A stretch of 64,000 nucleotides of DNA from Eledone cirrhosa (GCA_964016885.1 OZ024740.1:414532001-414596000); one strand, 5' to 3'; positions 13,678 through 25,172 are shown, counted from the stretch's first letter. Notes: generated by a model not told the origin, from the sequence alone. Numbers and translations: made by a program.

Positions 13678-14292
13678 CATGGTGGTGGCTGCCAACTCGT
13701 TTTCGAGTACGGTCACTACTTTATATCCATGTAGGAGAACCCCCACCGATGCGCTGAACGAGTGTGACTTTTTAGTCCAGCCTGCGACGTGAAAACTCTG
13801 GTACAAACACTACACTTGTGACAATTACTGACACATAGTGCTGGGCCCATGGTACCATGTGACGACAAGTGCAGAGAGGTCTCCAGATATAAAGCAATGC
13901 CTGTGCCGTGAAGCTTTTATAGTGAGCAAAGGCACTGCACAAAGCCAGTCCCACTCTCTTAACCAAGATGATATTTACCAAAAAGAAGAACAAGTCAACA
14001 TCATTGGATACCATCAGGGTTGCAGGTGTTATATCAGAGTTTTCCTTCTCCTAGAATTCTGCCTTGACAAAGGTTAAGGGGTCATCTCTCCCAGTGATTT
14101 TGGATGGCCATTGACTCTTAAGACCTCCTTTGCCGTTTGACAGGTTTTGTTTTTAGTCCTGCAGGATGTCCAAAGTCACCCTCCCCACCAAGAAACCTTG
14201 GTGGGGTTGCCAGTTTAGTCACCAACGACCCGACCATGGGACAGGTTGTACTGGGATACATGTTACCAGTAGCACCAACTGGTGACCTGACA
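13678..14292 (-). mobile_element. ~610-bp non-coding interspersed element, probably RTE 5'UTR-derived
   Basis: Second copy at 49561-50158 with the same two ends; minus strand has CTAGGAGAAGGAAAACTCTGAT, a motif I recall from RTE 5'UTRs. Confidence 0.65.
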
Positions 14293-14341
14293 CGAAGGGA
14301 TACATATAACACAAGGGATATATATAACATAAGGATATATA

Positions 14342-15568
14342 TACAAAAAGTTTGTGGAAAATGTCTTTTATAGGAATACTATGCAAATATTTAGCCACTT
14401 GCTTGCAACAACTTAAACATGTACAAATATGTTCTAACCTGTATGATCCTTAAAGCAACATGTGTTCTGTGAAAGCTGAAGCAAGAACCAACATCAAATT
14501 TATAGTAAAACTTTGTTACATGAAAAAGGATATTATTGAAGCTCTGTGAAATGTTTATCGAGATATTTCCCTTAAAAAATTAGTAATTTATAAATGGCTA
14601 ACTTATTTCAAAGAAGGACAAGACAGAGTTGAAGAAAATGATCAGATCAGCAAGCCATCATAAGTTTGTGAAGAAAAAAAATCTATGCTATTCAAAATTC
14701 AATTGATGGAAACTGATAATTAACAAGAAAAAAAAATGGCTCACACCCTAGACATCTCGTTTGGTTCAATTCTCACAATTTTATGTGATAAATTGAAGCT
14801 GAGCAAACTTGCTGCCTGCTTGGTGCCAAGATTGCTGTGCCCGGATCAAACAAGAACAGAGCTTCCTTTAGAAATTTGAAACAAATTGGATTAAAATTCA
14901 GAAGGCTTTCTCAGGTGAATTGCAACTGGAGATGAAATGTAGCTTTTCCAGTATGACCCTGTAGATATAGCTCAGTCAAAGCAGTGGTTACCCAAAGATG
15001 GAAAAGGTTCGGTCAAAGCAAAAGTAAACTGTTCAAGAGCAAAAATTATTCAAACAGTCTTTTGGGATGCTGAGGGCATTTTGTTTGTGGACCTCTGAGA
15101 GAGAAGAAAAACAGTAACTTCTGTTTATTATGAAAATATTTTGAGAAACTTGATCAGAAATTTAGCAGAAAATCACATTGATAAACTTCATCAGATTGTT
15201 CTTTTCCACCACGACAATGCTCTTGCCCATTCATCCTGTCAAACATGGGCAAACTTGTGGAATTTCTATGGGAAATAATTAGACATCCACCCTACAATCT
15301 AACACCTTCTGATTTTTTTTCTTATTTCCTAAATTTAAGAAAACTTTGAAAGGTACCCAAGTTGAAACCATTAATGATGTAAAAACACCAAATTTGACAT
15401 GGTTAAATTCTCAGGGCGCTCAGTTCCATCAAAACAGTATAAATGACTGGTATCATCACTTTCAAAAGTGCCTTGGGGTTGATGGTGCATATGTGGAGAA
15501 ATAAAGCTTTTACATAAAATAGTTTTCTTTTCATTCCATTTTCCATTAACTTTTTGAATGCCTGTCAT
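14342..15568 (+). mobile_element. decayed mariner transposon (Hsmar2/irritans-like transposase pseudogene)
   Basis: Hand translation gives EARTNIKFIVKL, TGDE..LFQYDP.D.AQSKQWLP, TVFWDAEGILFVD, FHHDNALAHSS, IRHPPY; multiple stops and frameshifts; partial TIR AAAAAGTTTGTGGAAAATG / CATTTTCCATTAACTTTTT. Confidence 0.9.
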
Positions 15569-17098
15569 ATATATATGACAGGCATTCAAAAGGTTCATGG
15601 AAAAATGGAATGAAAAGATATGAAAATATATATATATATATATGTGTGTGCGTGGGTGTGTATTTATTTATATATATATATAGGGACCTCTACAGATAGT
15701 AAGTTACTATCTCACCACTCAAGACAAATCCTCTCTCTATCTGTTATTTTAAATTATAGATAATATAAGAAACTTCTGGCTGACTCGGTTCCTGTCAGTA
15801 TAATAAAAATTGTTTTAAAAGTGTTCTTTTATTCATTGATTGATACCCTTTCTCTATAATGATATTATTCAACTCGTAGAAGTATCAAGTTAGCTATAGC
15901 ATAATTGTCTATAAGCTGAAAACTAACACAGCTTTTAAATATCACCATTTTATAAACATACTTTCCTTCTTACATTTTTTTGCCAGTAACAGAAGTGGCA
16001 GCCCTATCAACAGTATCACCAACACTATTTTGATGTCTGTTCATCCATGCTGGTATAAATTTTATAAGTCTATCATACAGTATATCACCAACCAGCTTCG
16101 TCTTTCATCATAACATCTCTGTGGACCAGCTTCCAGAGATCAGACTTCACCACCTCTTGCAATGCTGTGTTTGATCTTCTTCTTTCATCGATACCCTTTA
16201 TTGATTTAATATGGCACTTGGTCACATAGCATTCATCATCAATTCACATTTCATGATCCTATATAAGCAGTTACCCTGCATGGATTGACTGATGTCTTTA
16301 ATACACAGCTACGCTCTCAACTTAATTGTGCTCTACCATTCATGCAGATCAGTATTACATGCTCAATAGATCTAGCTCCTCTTGTTGAATATTTCAAGTT
16401 CAGAACAACTGGTAACACATAGTTCAATGACACTAATCACATTTATAAATATCTTTCATGCTTTAGTACAGAATTTAGAAATTGAACAGTTATATATATA
16501 TATTCAACATCATCATCAACATCATCATCATGTCTGTGTGTGTGTGTGTACTAAGGAGTGCTAGCAACTACTGTGTCCTGAAAGTGTTAATAGAGTTCTA
16601 CTGGCATAATCATTAAATTGAGTATTTGTGGTTATAATGTTGTTACTTTGAAAAGCACTTCAAAATAATATTGACAGAATATAGAATGACATTTTAAAAA
16701 ATGTATCACAATGTATTTTCCTTTAGAAAGCCATTGTCACCACAATCTACATGGTTGATAGGTCTTCATACTTGAAGCCATTCTAGATAAGGAAAGTGGA
16801 AAGAAAGTTTTATGTGAAGAGAATAAAACAGAATAATTCATACTCTGCATATATAGCTACTGCTTTTAAGTATTAGATGACAACTAAGTTTGGAAGCTTT
16901 CCTTTAAGTCTTTTCTTCAGTATTTGGTGGTGGAAACGACTGAGAGATATGCCAGGTTAAATTCATGTAATGGCAGGCTTCAGACCTTTACAGACTACAA
17001 TGACCAACACCATAGACTTAGACTGTATGATGCTAGCAGCATAATGCTTCATGAATAGACAATCTTAGAATGATAAAGATTATTATACATGTCATAGG

Positions 17099-17298
17099 GT
17101 GGTGGATTGGCAGTATCGGTAGAGGGTCGGACAATATGCTTTGCAACATAGAGTTACGGCCTTTTATGATCCGAGTTCAAATCCCGACCTGGTTAACTTT
17201 GCCTTTCATCCTTACGGGGTCGATAAAATAAAGTACCAGTCATGCATTAGGGTCAATTTAATCGACTTTCCCCTCCCCCAAAATTGCTGGCCTTGTGC
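17099..17298 (+). mobile_element. SINE family A variant
   Basis: Same head and body; TSD TTATTATACATGTC on both sides. Confidence 0.8.
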
Positions 17299-17788
17299 TT
17301 ATTATACATGTCTTCTAAATTGTCATCTCGCATAATTAACAACAACAATAATGATTTCTCATTTAGGCACATGGCCAGCAATTTTGGATGAGGTCAAGTC
17401 AATCAATTGCTACTTTATTTTATTGACCCGAGAAAGCTGAAAAACAAAGTTTACCATGGCAGTATTTGAACTAAGAACATAAAGAACTGGAACAAATTCC
17501 ACAAAGAATTTCTTCGAATAACCTAACAATTCTGCCACTCCAGCACCCTATAAATAATAATTCCGTCTAACATTGGTACAAGGCCAACAATTTGAGAGAA
17601 AAGGATCAATTATAATCAATCCTTATTTTATCAATCTCAAAAAGATGAAAGGCAAGTTTGAATTTGGCAGTCTTTGGATTCCGAAAGTAAGGGGTCATAA
17701 CTAAATGCTGCAAAGCATTTTGTCAGTTGCTGTAACAGTTCAGCAACAACAACAATATTGATTTCTACTGGAGGCACACATCTACAAA

Positions 17789-18017
17789 TTAACCCTTTAG
17801 CATTTTCATTACTCTATATTTACTGTTGTATTTTCACAGAGAAGTCTTTATCTCACATAATTATCTCACATATTATTGAATCTATGAGATTTTGATGTTA
17901 TTTATTTTGTGAACAATACCTTAACATCAGTATGAGTGGCCAGTTACAGCCGGTTTGATCAGAAAAAGGTGAGAGAATTTTGGCTGGATATGGCCGGTTT
18001 AAATGCTAAAGGGTTAA
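17789..18017. mobile_element. piggyBac-type MITE (reverse orientation)
   Basis: TTAACCCTTTAGCATTT ... AAATGCTAAAGGGTTAA. Confidence 0.85.
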
Positions 18018-18272
18018 TGGACACATAGAGTACAGCTGATTGCCAAATAAATTCTAATATACAGCTAATAACTATTTTACCCTACCATACACAAACACAA
18101 CGTGGAATGAAAGGCAAAGTCAATTTGACAGGGTTTGAATTTGGAACATATAAGAAGACAACTAAGAATATGTCAAAGTACTCTATCCTTCTGGCATCTA
18201 GAATTTCTCATTTCTACAAAATCACAAATCTAATAATAATTTCACTGAAGTTAGTTATTTAAGACCTCAAAT

Positions 18273-18501
18273 TTAACCCTTTAGCATTTAAACCAGCCAT
18301 ATCCGGCCAGAATTCTCTCACCTCTTTCTGTTCAAACCAGCTATAACTGGCTGCTCATGCTTATGTTAAGGTATTGTTCTTAAAATAAATAATATCAAGA
18401 TATAGCAGATTATATATTATGTGAGATAATTATGCGAAATAAAGTGTTTTCCATGAAAATACAATAGTTAATATAGAGTAATGTAAATGCTAAAGGGTTA
18501 A
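18273..18501. mobile_element. piggyBac-type MITE
   Basis: Same TIRs and TTAA flanks. Confidence 0.85.
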
Positions 18502-18804
18502 ATAGAACTGGGAGGTGGAAGCTGTGATGTTTATCCCTGTTTTTAAAGCATTAAAGACATCTAATTTAGAATTGAATTAAGAGTGGTAGACAAGTTTTCC
18601 ATCAAGACCTTACTACTACCCACACTAGAGAGACTTTCATTAGCTTATAGCAATATAATTATTATAAACAGATTAATGAGATTAATTGAATGGCATGATT
18701 CTGTTAGTTTTGTATTTAGATTTGTTTATCTAAACTACACCTAGTTTTTATTATGATGATTCTGTATGTGGGGATAAATATCAGAGTGTGGGTGCATGCA
18801 TGTA

Positions 18805-18851
<47 letters not shown>

Positions 18852-18855
<4 letters not shown>

Positions 18856-19831
18856 TATAGAAATAGTGGACAGCTTCCGTTATCTGGGTGACAAAATCAG
18901 CAGTGGGGGAGGGTGCTCTGAAAGTACAGTAGCTAGAGTCAGAACTGGATGGAAAAAGTTCAGAGAGCTTATACCACTATTAGCCGCTAGAGGGTTCTCC
19001 CTAAAAATGAAAGGCAGGTTATACGATGCCTGCATACGAACAGCAATGCTGCATGGCAGTGAGACCTGGGCATTGTGTGCAGAGGATATACGCAGACTAG
19101 AGAGGAACGAAGCTTGCATGCTCCGCTGGATGTGCAATAGTAATATACGTGAACGGCAAAGCCTAAACGAACTAAGGAAAAAATTAGAAATAAGAGGGAT
19201 CAGATGTTGTTTACTCGAGAGAAGGCTACGTTGGTACGGTCACGTGATGCGCATGAAAGACGACAGCTGTATAACAAAGTGCAGGGCAATAAAGATAGAT
19301 GGTAGCCACGGAGTAGGCAGACCCAGAAAAACATGGGACGAGCTGATAAATTCCGACCTCACACGCTTACACCTCTCCAAGACAATGTCACTGGACCGAG
19401 ACCTTTGGCGGTACTCAGTAATAGAGAAGACCCGCCTTACCTAAATACAAAGTAAAAACCTACTAGTCAGTAGGCATCTCTATCAAAACACACCCCCGTC
19501 CCACCACCTCCACCCCACCCACACCGCCCCTTTCAATGTAAAGTTATGTTGGTCCCACAACATCCAGGCCGAAACAAATGAGATCGTGTAGGTGTCACGA
19601 CAAAAAACACACAGTCCACGCTGTAATGTGGCCGTGTAGGCAACACGGTAAAAACCTCCCAGCCCCACACTGTAAATGTGGTTGGTGTTAGGAAGGGCAT
19701 CCAACTGTAGAAAACCCGCCAGACAGTCCTATGCGAGCAAGACAACCACTCTTGCCTCAAGTGGGAAAACCCCCGTCCAAACCCATGCAAGCGTGGAACA
19801 CGGACGCTAAACCTGATGATGATGATGATGA
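18852..19831 (+). mobile_element. 5'-truncated RTE LINE (RT C-terminal region, 3'UTR, (GAT)n tail)
   Basis: ORF EIVDSFRYLGD..MLHGSETW..RRLRWYGHVMRM..GRPRKTW; near-identical to 39573-40550. Confidence 0.92.
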
Positions 19832-19935
19832 TATATATGTGTGTGTGTGTATGTGCGTGAGTGTGCAAAGCCTAGTGAGGTTGAGAAACCACCAAAGCAG
19901 TATGCTATTAAATTATTTTACATAAATAGACAGAT

Positions 19936-20017
<82 letters not shown>

Positions 20018-20242
20018 TATATAAGGGATAACAAAATATCGTTATAGGTAATCCAGTTAGAGGTTGTGAATACTTCATATTATGGATAGTTTTAGCGTAC
20101 GGCGTTGTTTGACTCAACAAGAGGTTTACGTAGATGACGAGTTTATGATTTCACTTGTATTCCTATGTAAGTTTATCTTGGAGTAATAATATTGAAAGAG
20201 TGAAGAATAACATGGTCAACAGTACAAAAAAGGGTTTTAATT

Positions 20243-20356
20243 ACAGTCTAACAATTGTTTCACTGATTAAGTTGTCTAAAAATTGCTGAACACTTGAAGC
20301 TGTGGCACTCAATTTTAAATACGTTGTTAGCTTAACCAGATCATCAGAGAAACTGT
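20243..20356 (-). ncRNA. type I hammerhead ribozyme motif with long stem II insert
   Basis: Minus strand ACAGTTTCT-CTGATGA-tCTGGTTAAG..~59 nt..CTTAATCAGt-GAAA-CAATTG-TT-AGACTGT; palindromic stem III. Confidence 0.7.
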
Positions 20357-20639
20357 TAAAATATGTTCAGTTTTCACGAATTCAAATTACAACATCATTA
20401 ATAATAAAGATAGAGAGAGAAAAAAGAAAGAGAGATAGAGAGTAAAAAAGAAAAAGGAGAAAGGAAAAAAGAGAAAGATATATATATATATATATACATA
20501 TATATATACATGTAGAAGGTGAGTAATATTGTAGAACAATAAAACTATGCATATATCAGATAAGTAGCAGTCAACAGTTGGTAGAACTGGAGTATATATA
20601 ATAAAGAAGAAATTAAAAGATGGTTAAAAGAGTTCCATA

Positions 20640-20709
20640 TATTTTATTATGCGCATTTCGAATACAAAATCATCCTGGGACAAAAATTGTGTTCTCATCA
20701 GATAAAATA
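20640..20709 (-). ncRNA. type I hammerhead ribozyme motif
   Basis: Minus strand TATTTTAT-CTGATGA-GAACACAA..TTGTATTC-GAAA-TGCGCA-TA-ATAAAATA; 8-bp stem I and palindromic stem III. Confidence 0.8.
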
Positions 20710-20851
20710 AAATAAGGTAACATATCATGTTACCTTATTTTATCTGATGAGAACACATAATAACATATATGGAACTCAGTTAACCATCTTTTAATTTCTT
20801 CTTTATTATAAATATATATATACATATATTTATTATATATATATATATATA

Positions 20852-21015
20852 TACTCGGAAGGCCTCCACGAGGGGGGAGTTACGATTTTAAGAATGCGAT
20901 TGGGAATAGATGGATGAGGAAAGCACGATCCAGAAAGGAATGGACGGTGTGCTGTGACCAGCGGCACTGAAGAGACGCCCGACAGACTGGTCGGTCAATG
21001 TGATCAAGGTGATAT
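20852..21015 (+). mobile_element. short 3' fragment of an RTE-like LINE
   Basis: Translates roughly as RPPR..IGNRWMRKARSRKEW..; sits between TA tracts. Confidence 0.45.
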
Positions 21016-21061
21016 GTATATATATATGTGTGTGAGTGTGTGTGTGTGTATATATATATAT

Positions 21062-21551
21062 ATTAGTTTTGAGAGGTTTTTGATATGAAATCGTGTGTCG
21101 AAACAAATATTGTTATACTTGGGGAGGGTCATATTTGTGTAATTATATTGCCAGAATTAATAACAGAACACACTCACTGTTTGGTTGGTTTTCGCTTCTG
21201 TATCTTTTATATCAGTTAATTTATTCAGTCCTCAATGTTTACCATTTCATTGTATGCTTACACCATCTTTCCAATGGCGTAAGCATACAATGCAACAGGA
21301 GGAAACATAACAGCAACACTGACGATGTTGCAGATGTGCAACGAAAGAACTTTGATAGACTATATATATGTGTTTGTGTCTATATTGTATCTGTATTTTT
21401 GACCATTGGTCAGTCAATGGCAACATTGAGGACCGAATAAATTAAATTAACCGATATAAAAGACACAGAAGCTAAAACCAACCAAACAGTGAGTGTGTTC
21501 TGTTATTAATTCTGGCAATATTATTACACAAATGTGACCCTCCCCAAGTAT

Positions 21552-21558
<7 letters not shown>
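21062..21558. mobile_element. fold-back pLTR fragment of the Penelope family at 36277-38340
   Basis: 21107-21246 is inverted relative to 21416-21558; both arms match 38060-38340. Confidence 0.8.
21303..21375 (+). ncRNA. hammerhead-like motif (imperfect stem I)
   Basis: CTGACGA-t-GTTGCA-gatg-TGCAAC-GAAAG-aa-CTT; distal stem I AAACATA / TATGTGTTT. Confidence 0.55.
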
Positions 21559-21582
<24 letters not shown>

Positions 21583-21594
21583 GGAACAAGTAAG

Positions 21595-21688
21595 ACCCCG
21601 ACAGCTGAGCTCAAGCCGTTTCGACGGCTAATTCTGGACTCAATGAAAATTTATTCTGGTATTTAAATAGCCGAGCTTATCAAGGAGT
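21595..21688 (-). ncRNA. hammerhead ribozyme motif, U3:A8 core variant (downstream pLTR)
   Basis: ACTCC-TTGATAA-gctCGGCTA..TAGCCGtc-GAAA-CGGCT-tgagctc-AGCTG-TC-GGGGT. Confidence 0.7.
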
Positions 21689-22724
21689 AATTCCATATAT
21701 GGTCAAAGAGACAATCACCAGGATTGGTCACATCACAAGTTAGTAGTAAATCGGTGATGGCAAATTGGTGGGGGAAGGGGTAGCTAAACCTGCCGGTAGG
21801 AGAAAAAGGGAGAGGGGGTGGAGTAGACCCATTCATGCGATGGTAGTGCCGGCTACAGCTGGGTGTGAGGTCAAATGGATACTGGGGAAGGGGAGGAATT
21901 CGAAACGGTACTGAGAGAGAGGAAAAAAAAAAAAAAAAAAAAAAGCAAAGTCTGGTTACTAAGACTTAAGTCTCTCGCTATTGCTAGGCTAAAGAAATAC
22001 ATAAATAAATAAATAAACAAATACGTGAACGTGAATAAAAGAATAGATAAATAAATTTAAAAATATATATAATGAAGAATAAAATACTAAAGAGACTGCC
22101 ACGAAATAATAAAGGTTTCTACCCCAATCACAGGGCCAGCAACCACCCAGTGCAAGAAAGTAAACTAGTACGAGAATATAATTTAGGGTCCCGCAAAAAA
22201 ATACTAGTGCTAACTCTAAGGGTACTGCCACAAAATGAAAAGTCTTATACACGCTACATGAAAGATCGTACAAAGTAAAAGTAAAGAACGGAAAATTAAT
22301 ACAGAAACACCCCCCCCCCCCCCCCCCCAAAAAAAAGGGAAAAAGAAGAAATAAATACTGGATAAACGAGAATTTAAAGCAAAGATGCCACTAAGAAATA
22401 TAGAAGGCACGGAAAAATGGGACAGCGGTTGGAGAAGGGGGCAAGTATCCGAAGTCTAACACCTCTGCTATAAAAAGCGGAGTCAGCCAAATCTATCATA
22501 GAATAGGAGAAGGGGTGGGGGTGTTGAAGCTACAAGGGACCGAGGGGCTACCGAGGATGGGCGAGAAAAAGACGACGACAAAGAAAAGGAACTGGGGTAG
22601 AAGGACTAGGGAGGGATGGGGGGAAGAAGGAAATATAGAGGAAGCGATAAAAGAATGTAAAAGAAGATCTTACGTCTCCATTGGCAAGCAGAGGTTACCC
22701 ATTACAAAATAGGCAAGTGGGGTG

Positions 22725-24893
22725 TTATAGCCCTAGTCTACCCCCCGGGTCATTATGGGGTTTGAGGGCGAGGTAAGTCCTACGTAATCGGTGTTTACAT
22801 GCAGTAACCAGTTCATCTTTCTTGTTTAGGAGTTGGTCCGTCGAAAACAGTATTTGTAAAGTTTCCTCCGAGCATAAATTGCACAGACGGCGTCCTCCCG
22901 TGTAAGAGTTGGCTCTGGACAGTAATTTCCAAGTGAGATCATAGTTGATGTTGTTGTCCTTGAGGTCCCATATGTGGCCCGAAAGTGTAGTGGCGTGACG
23001 CTGGTCCGGGTTTCGGAAGGTATGTCTGTGTTGGTATAGCCGGGTCTTGAAGTCACATGCGGTTAATCCTATATAAGCTTTGTTGGAGGTGTCCATGCTC
23101 ACGTTGCACTGGTAGATCACATTACGGTCTCTGCATCTGTTGTCGAGGGGGCAACTGGATCTTCAGGACAATTGCACCTCCTGGTCGGCTCTCCACTGCT
23201 ATTTGGGTTGTTTCTTCCATCGGGGTTGAGTTTTTTGTTGTTGGAGGAGACGATGTTTTGTGCGAAGTTAGGTGTAGTGCTGTAAGAGAGTTTGATGGTA
23301 TTTTTGTTAATTATGTTGTGGTAGCGGTGTTGTTGTGGGTAGTGTTTTTCAATGAGACTAAAGAAAATTTTCCCGATGGGAGTTGTCACCTCGGCGTTGT
23401 GGGGAGGATTGAACCATGTTACATACATTGCGTGAGCGGCGGTGTCGCCTGCTGATTCCGCTAATGGGAGCTGGACAGTAGGATATTTCCTCCCGGAAAC
23501 CACTCCGCTCGAGGGCCTGGTTGTAGTAAGGCGCATGTTCATCGAATATCTTCTCATTAGCTGACAAACGGGATATGCGGAGGGAGATGTTTTTGACCAG
23601 GTTGTTGGTGATGTTCCTAGGATGGTTAGATCGGCGGTGGATGTAGTGCAGGTTGTCATTGGGTTTCCTGTATGGGTAGTACAGGTCATTATTGAGATCA
23701 AGGGTAACGTCCAGGAAATTAACTCGGGTCAGGGACGTTTGTAGGGTTATTTTAAATCCCAAGTCGTGGAAGAAGCTAATTAATTGTTTACGGACCCGAT
23801 CTGTACTACTGGGGTTGTACCCTTTAAGGGTAAGGAGCCCATCATCATGGTACAATCCACCACCGAAAGCAGGAAACATATCGGTGAGTTTGGCTATAAG
23901 GAATAATCCTATAAGATCTGTGACCTCCGCCGAATCCGTCGCGCCCATGCTGACGTCAAAGGGTGAGTCGGGAGCTCTTTTTATCCATTTGGAGTTGTCA
24001 AAGAGTAAGACTGTCTTCCTGGCGTGGAGGATGATGTTTCTTTCCTGGTCGGTGATGGGCACAAGTGCTTCGGCGAAGTCCAAGGCAGCCGTATTAGCGG
24101 TAAGGTGATTGAAGCATAGTAGCTCTCTATGTCGAACTGGATAAATTTAGTGTCTCGTTTATCCTCCATATTGCTGAACCATGAGATAACTTCCTGGGTG
24201 TTGATCCATAGGCTAAGTCGGGCGTGTTACTTGACTTTTGGTATCACGCGGTCTAGGATTTTTTTGCTGATTCTCCCTATGTCGGACTTCGTTGGGTTTA
24301 TAAGCCTGATAGATGGTTTACGGTCGAAATCGGATTTGTGGTCCTTCAGTGTGAAGTAGGGTGTCCGTGGGTCTAGGGGTTCGGTGCGGTCAGCGACCCC
24401 GAGGCTGGAGGTAATTTGTTGTCCATCTCGATTAATGTCCTCGATGCATGAGTGGTTAGCCTTTTTATAGGTGGAGTTTAGGCTGCTCCTGATCAGTGTG
24501 TGGTATCTGTCGGGGTTGACAAAGTATAGGTTCCCAGTTTTATCCGAATGCACCATGATGTCATTGGTGTTATCATACTGTTAAGTTGCTACGGAGTTTT
24601 TGTAGGAATCGGCTGTGTCTGGGTTTGAATTTAATGTTCTTGACCAGTTGGAAGAGGTCATTCTCGAAGGGTGAGAGCAAAGGGTTCTGGGGGGGGGGGG
24701 ATTTGTAGGTAATAAATCCGAATCTCTCCTTGGTACCGAAGTCCTGATTGTCGCAAAATCTGTCGTAGAAAAAAGTTCTCCATCTAAGTCTTTTCGCAAA
24801 TAGATCGATTTTTTGCGTGAGCATCCGAAGGTAAAGTTTTTTCGGTGGGATTGGGATGTTCTTGGTAGAGAAGTCGATGTTGTGTTTTCGCAT
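22725..24893 (-). pseudogene. PLE reverse transcriptase + GIY-YIG endonuclease, disrupted
   Basis: MRKHNIDFSTKNIPIP; IRLINPTKSDIGRISK; FIQFDIESYYASI; FDVSMGATDSAEV; LYHDDGL; FLDVTLDL; IYQC..YIGLT..FKTRLYQH..LCNLCSEE; split over at least six ORF fragments. Confidence 0.92.
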
Positions 24894-25078
24894 GGTGCGG
24901 GTGAAAGGAATTGAGCTTAGCGGAAAAGTCTGGATACGGCGTGGTAGGGTCGGAAAGTGCTCTACTACGGGGATAGGAGCTAGATAACGAAGGAAATGTG
25001 GTAAGGAACCAGGTGGACCATAACGCACCAAAGTACTCAATACTTAGGGTAGTAGAGTGGGTAATAGAAACAAGTAAG

Positions 25079-25172
25079 ACCCCGACGGCTGAGCTCAAGC
25101 CGTTTCGACGGCTAATTCTGGACTCAATGAAAATTTATTCTGGTATTTAAATAGCCGAGCTTATCAAGGGGT
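25079..25172 (-). ncRNA. hammerhead ribozyme motif, U3:A8 core variant (upstream pLTR)
   Basis: ACCCC-TTGATAA-gctCGGCTA..37 nt..TAGCCGtc-GAAA-CGGCT-tgagctc-AGCCG-TC-GGGGT; perfect stems I and III, GUC site. Confidence 0.75.

Noticed and set aside
12224-13806. Long ORFs of 200-480 aa
   Set aside because: Translations of the GGGATATAACACAA minisatellite, open in several frames and low in complexity
20960-21000. CTGAAGA followed by a hairpin
   Set aside because: No GAAA or stem III; it is the stop codon and 3'UTR hairpin of a LINE fragment
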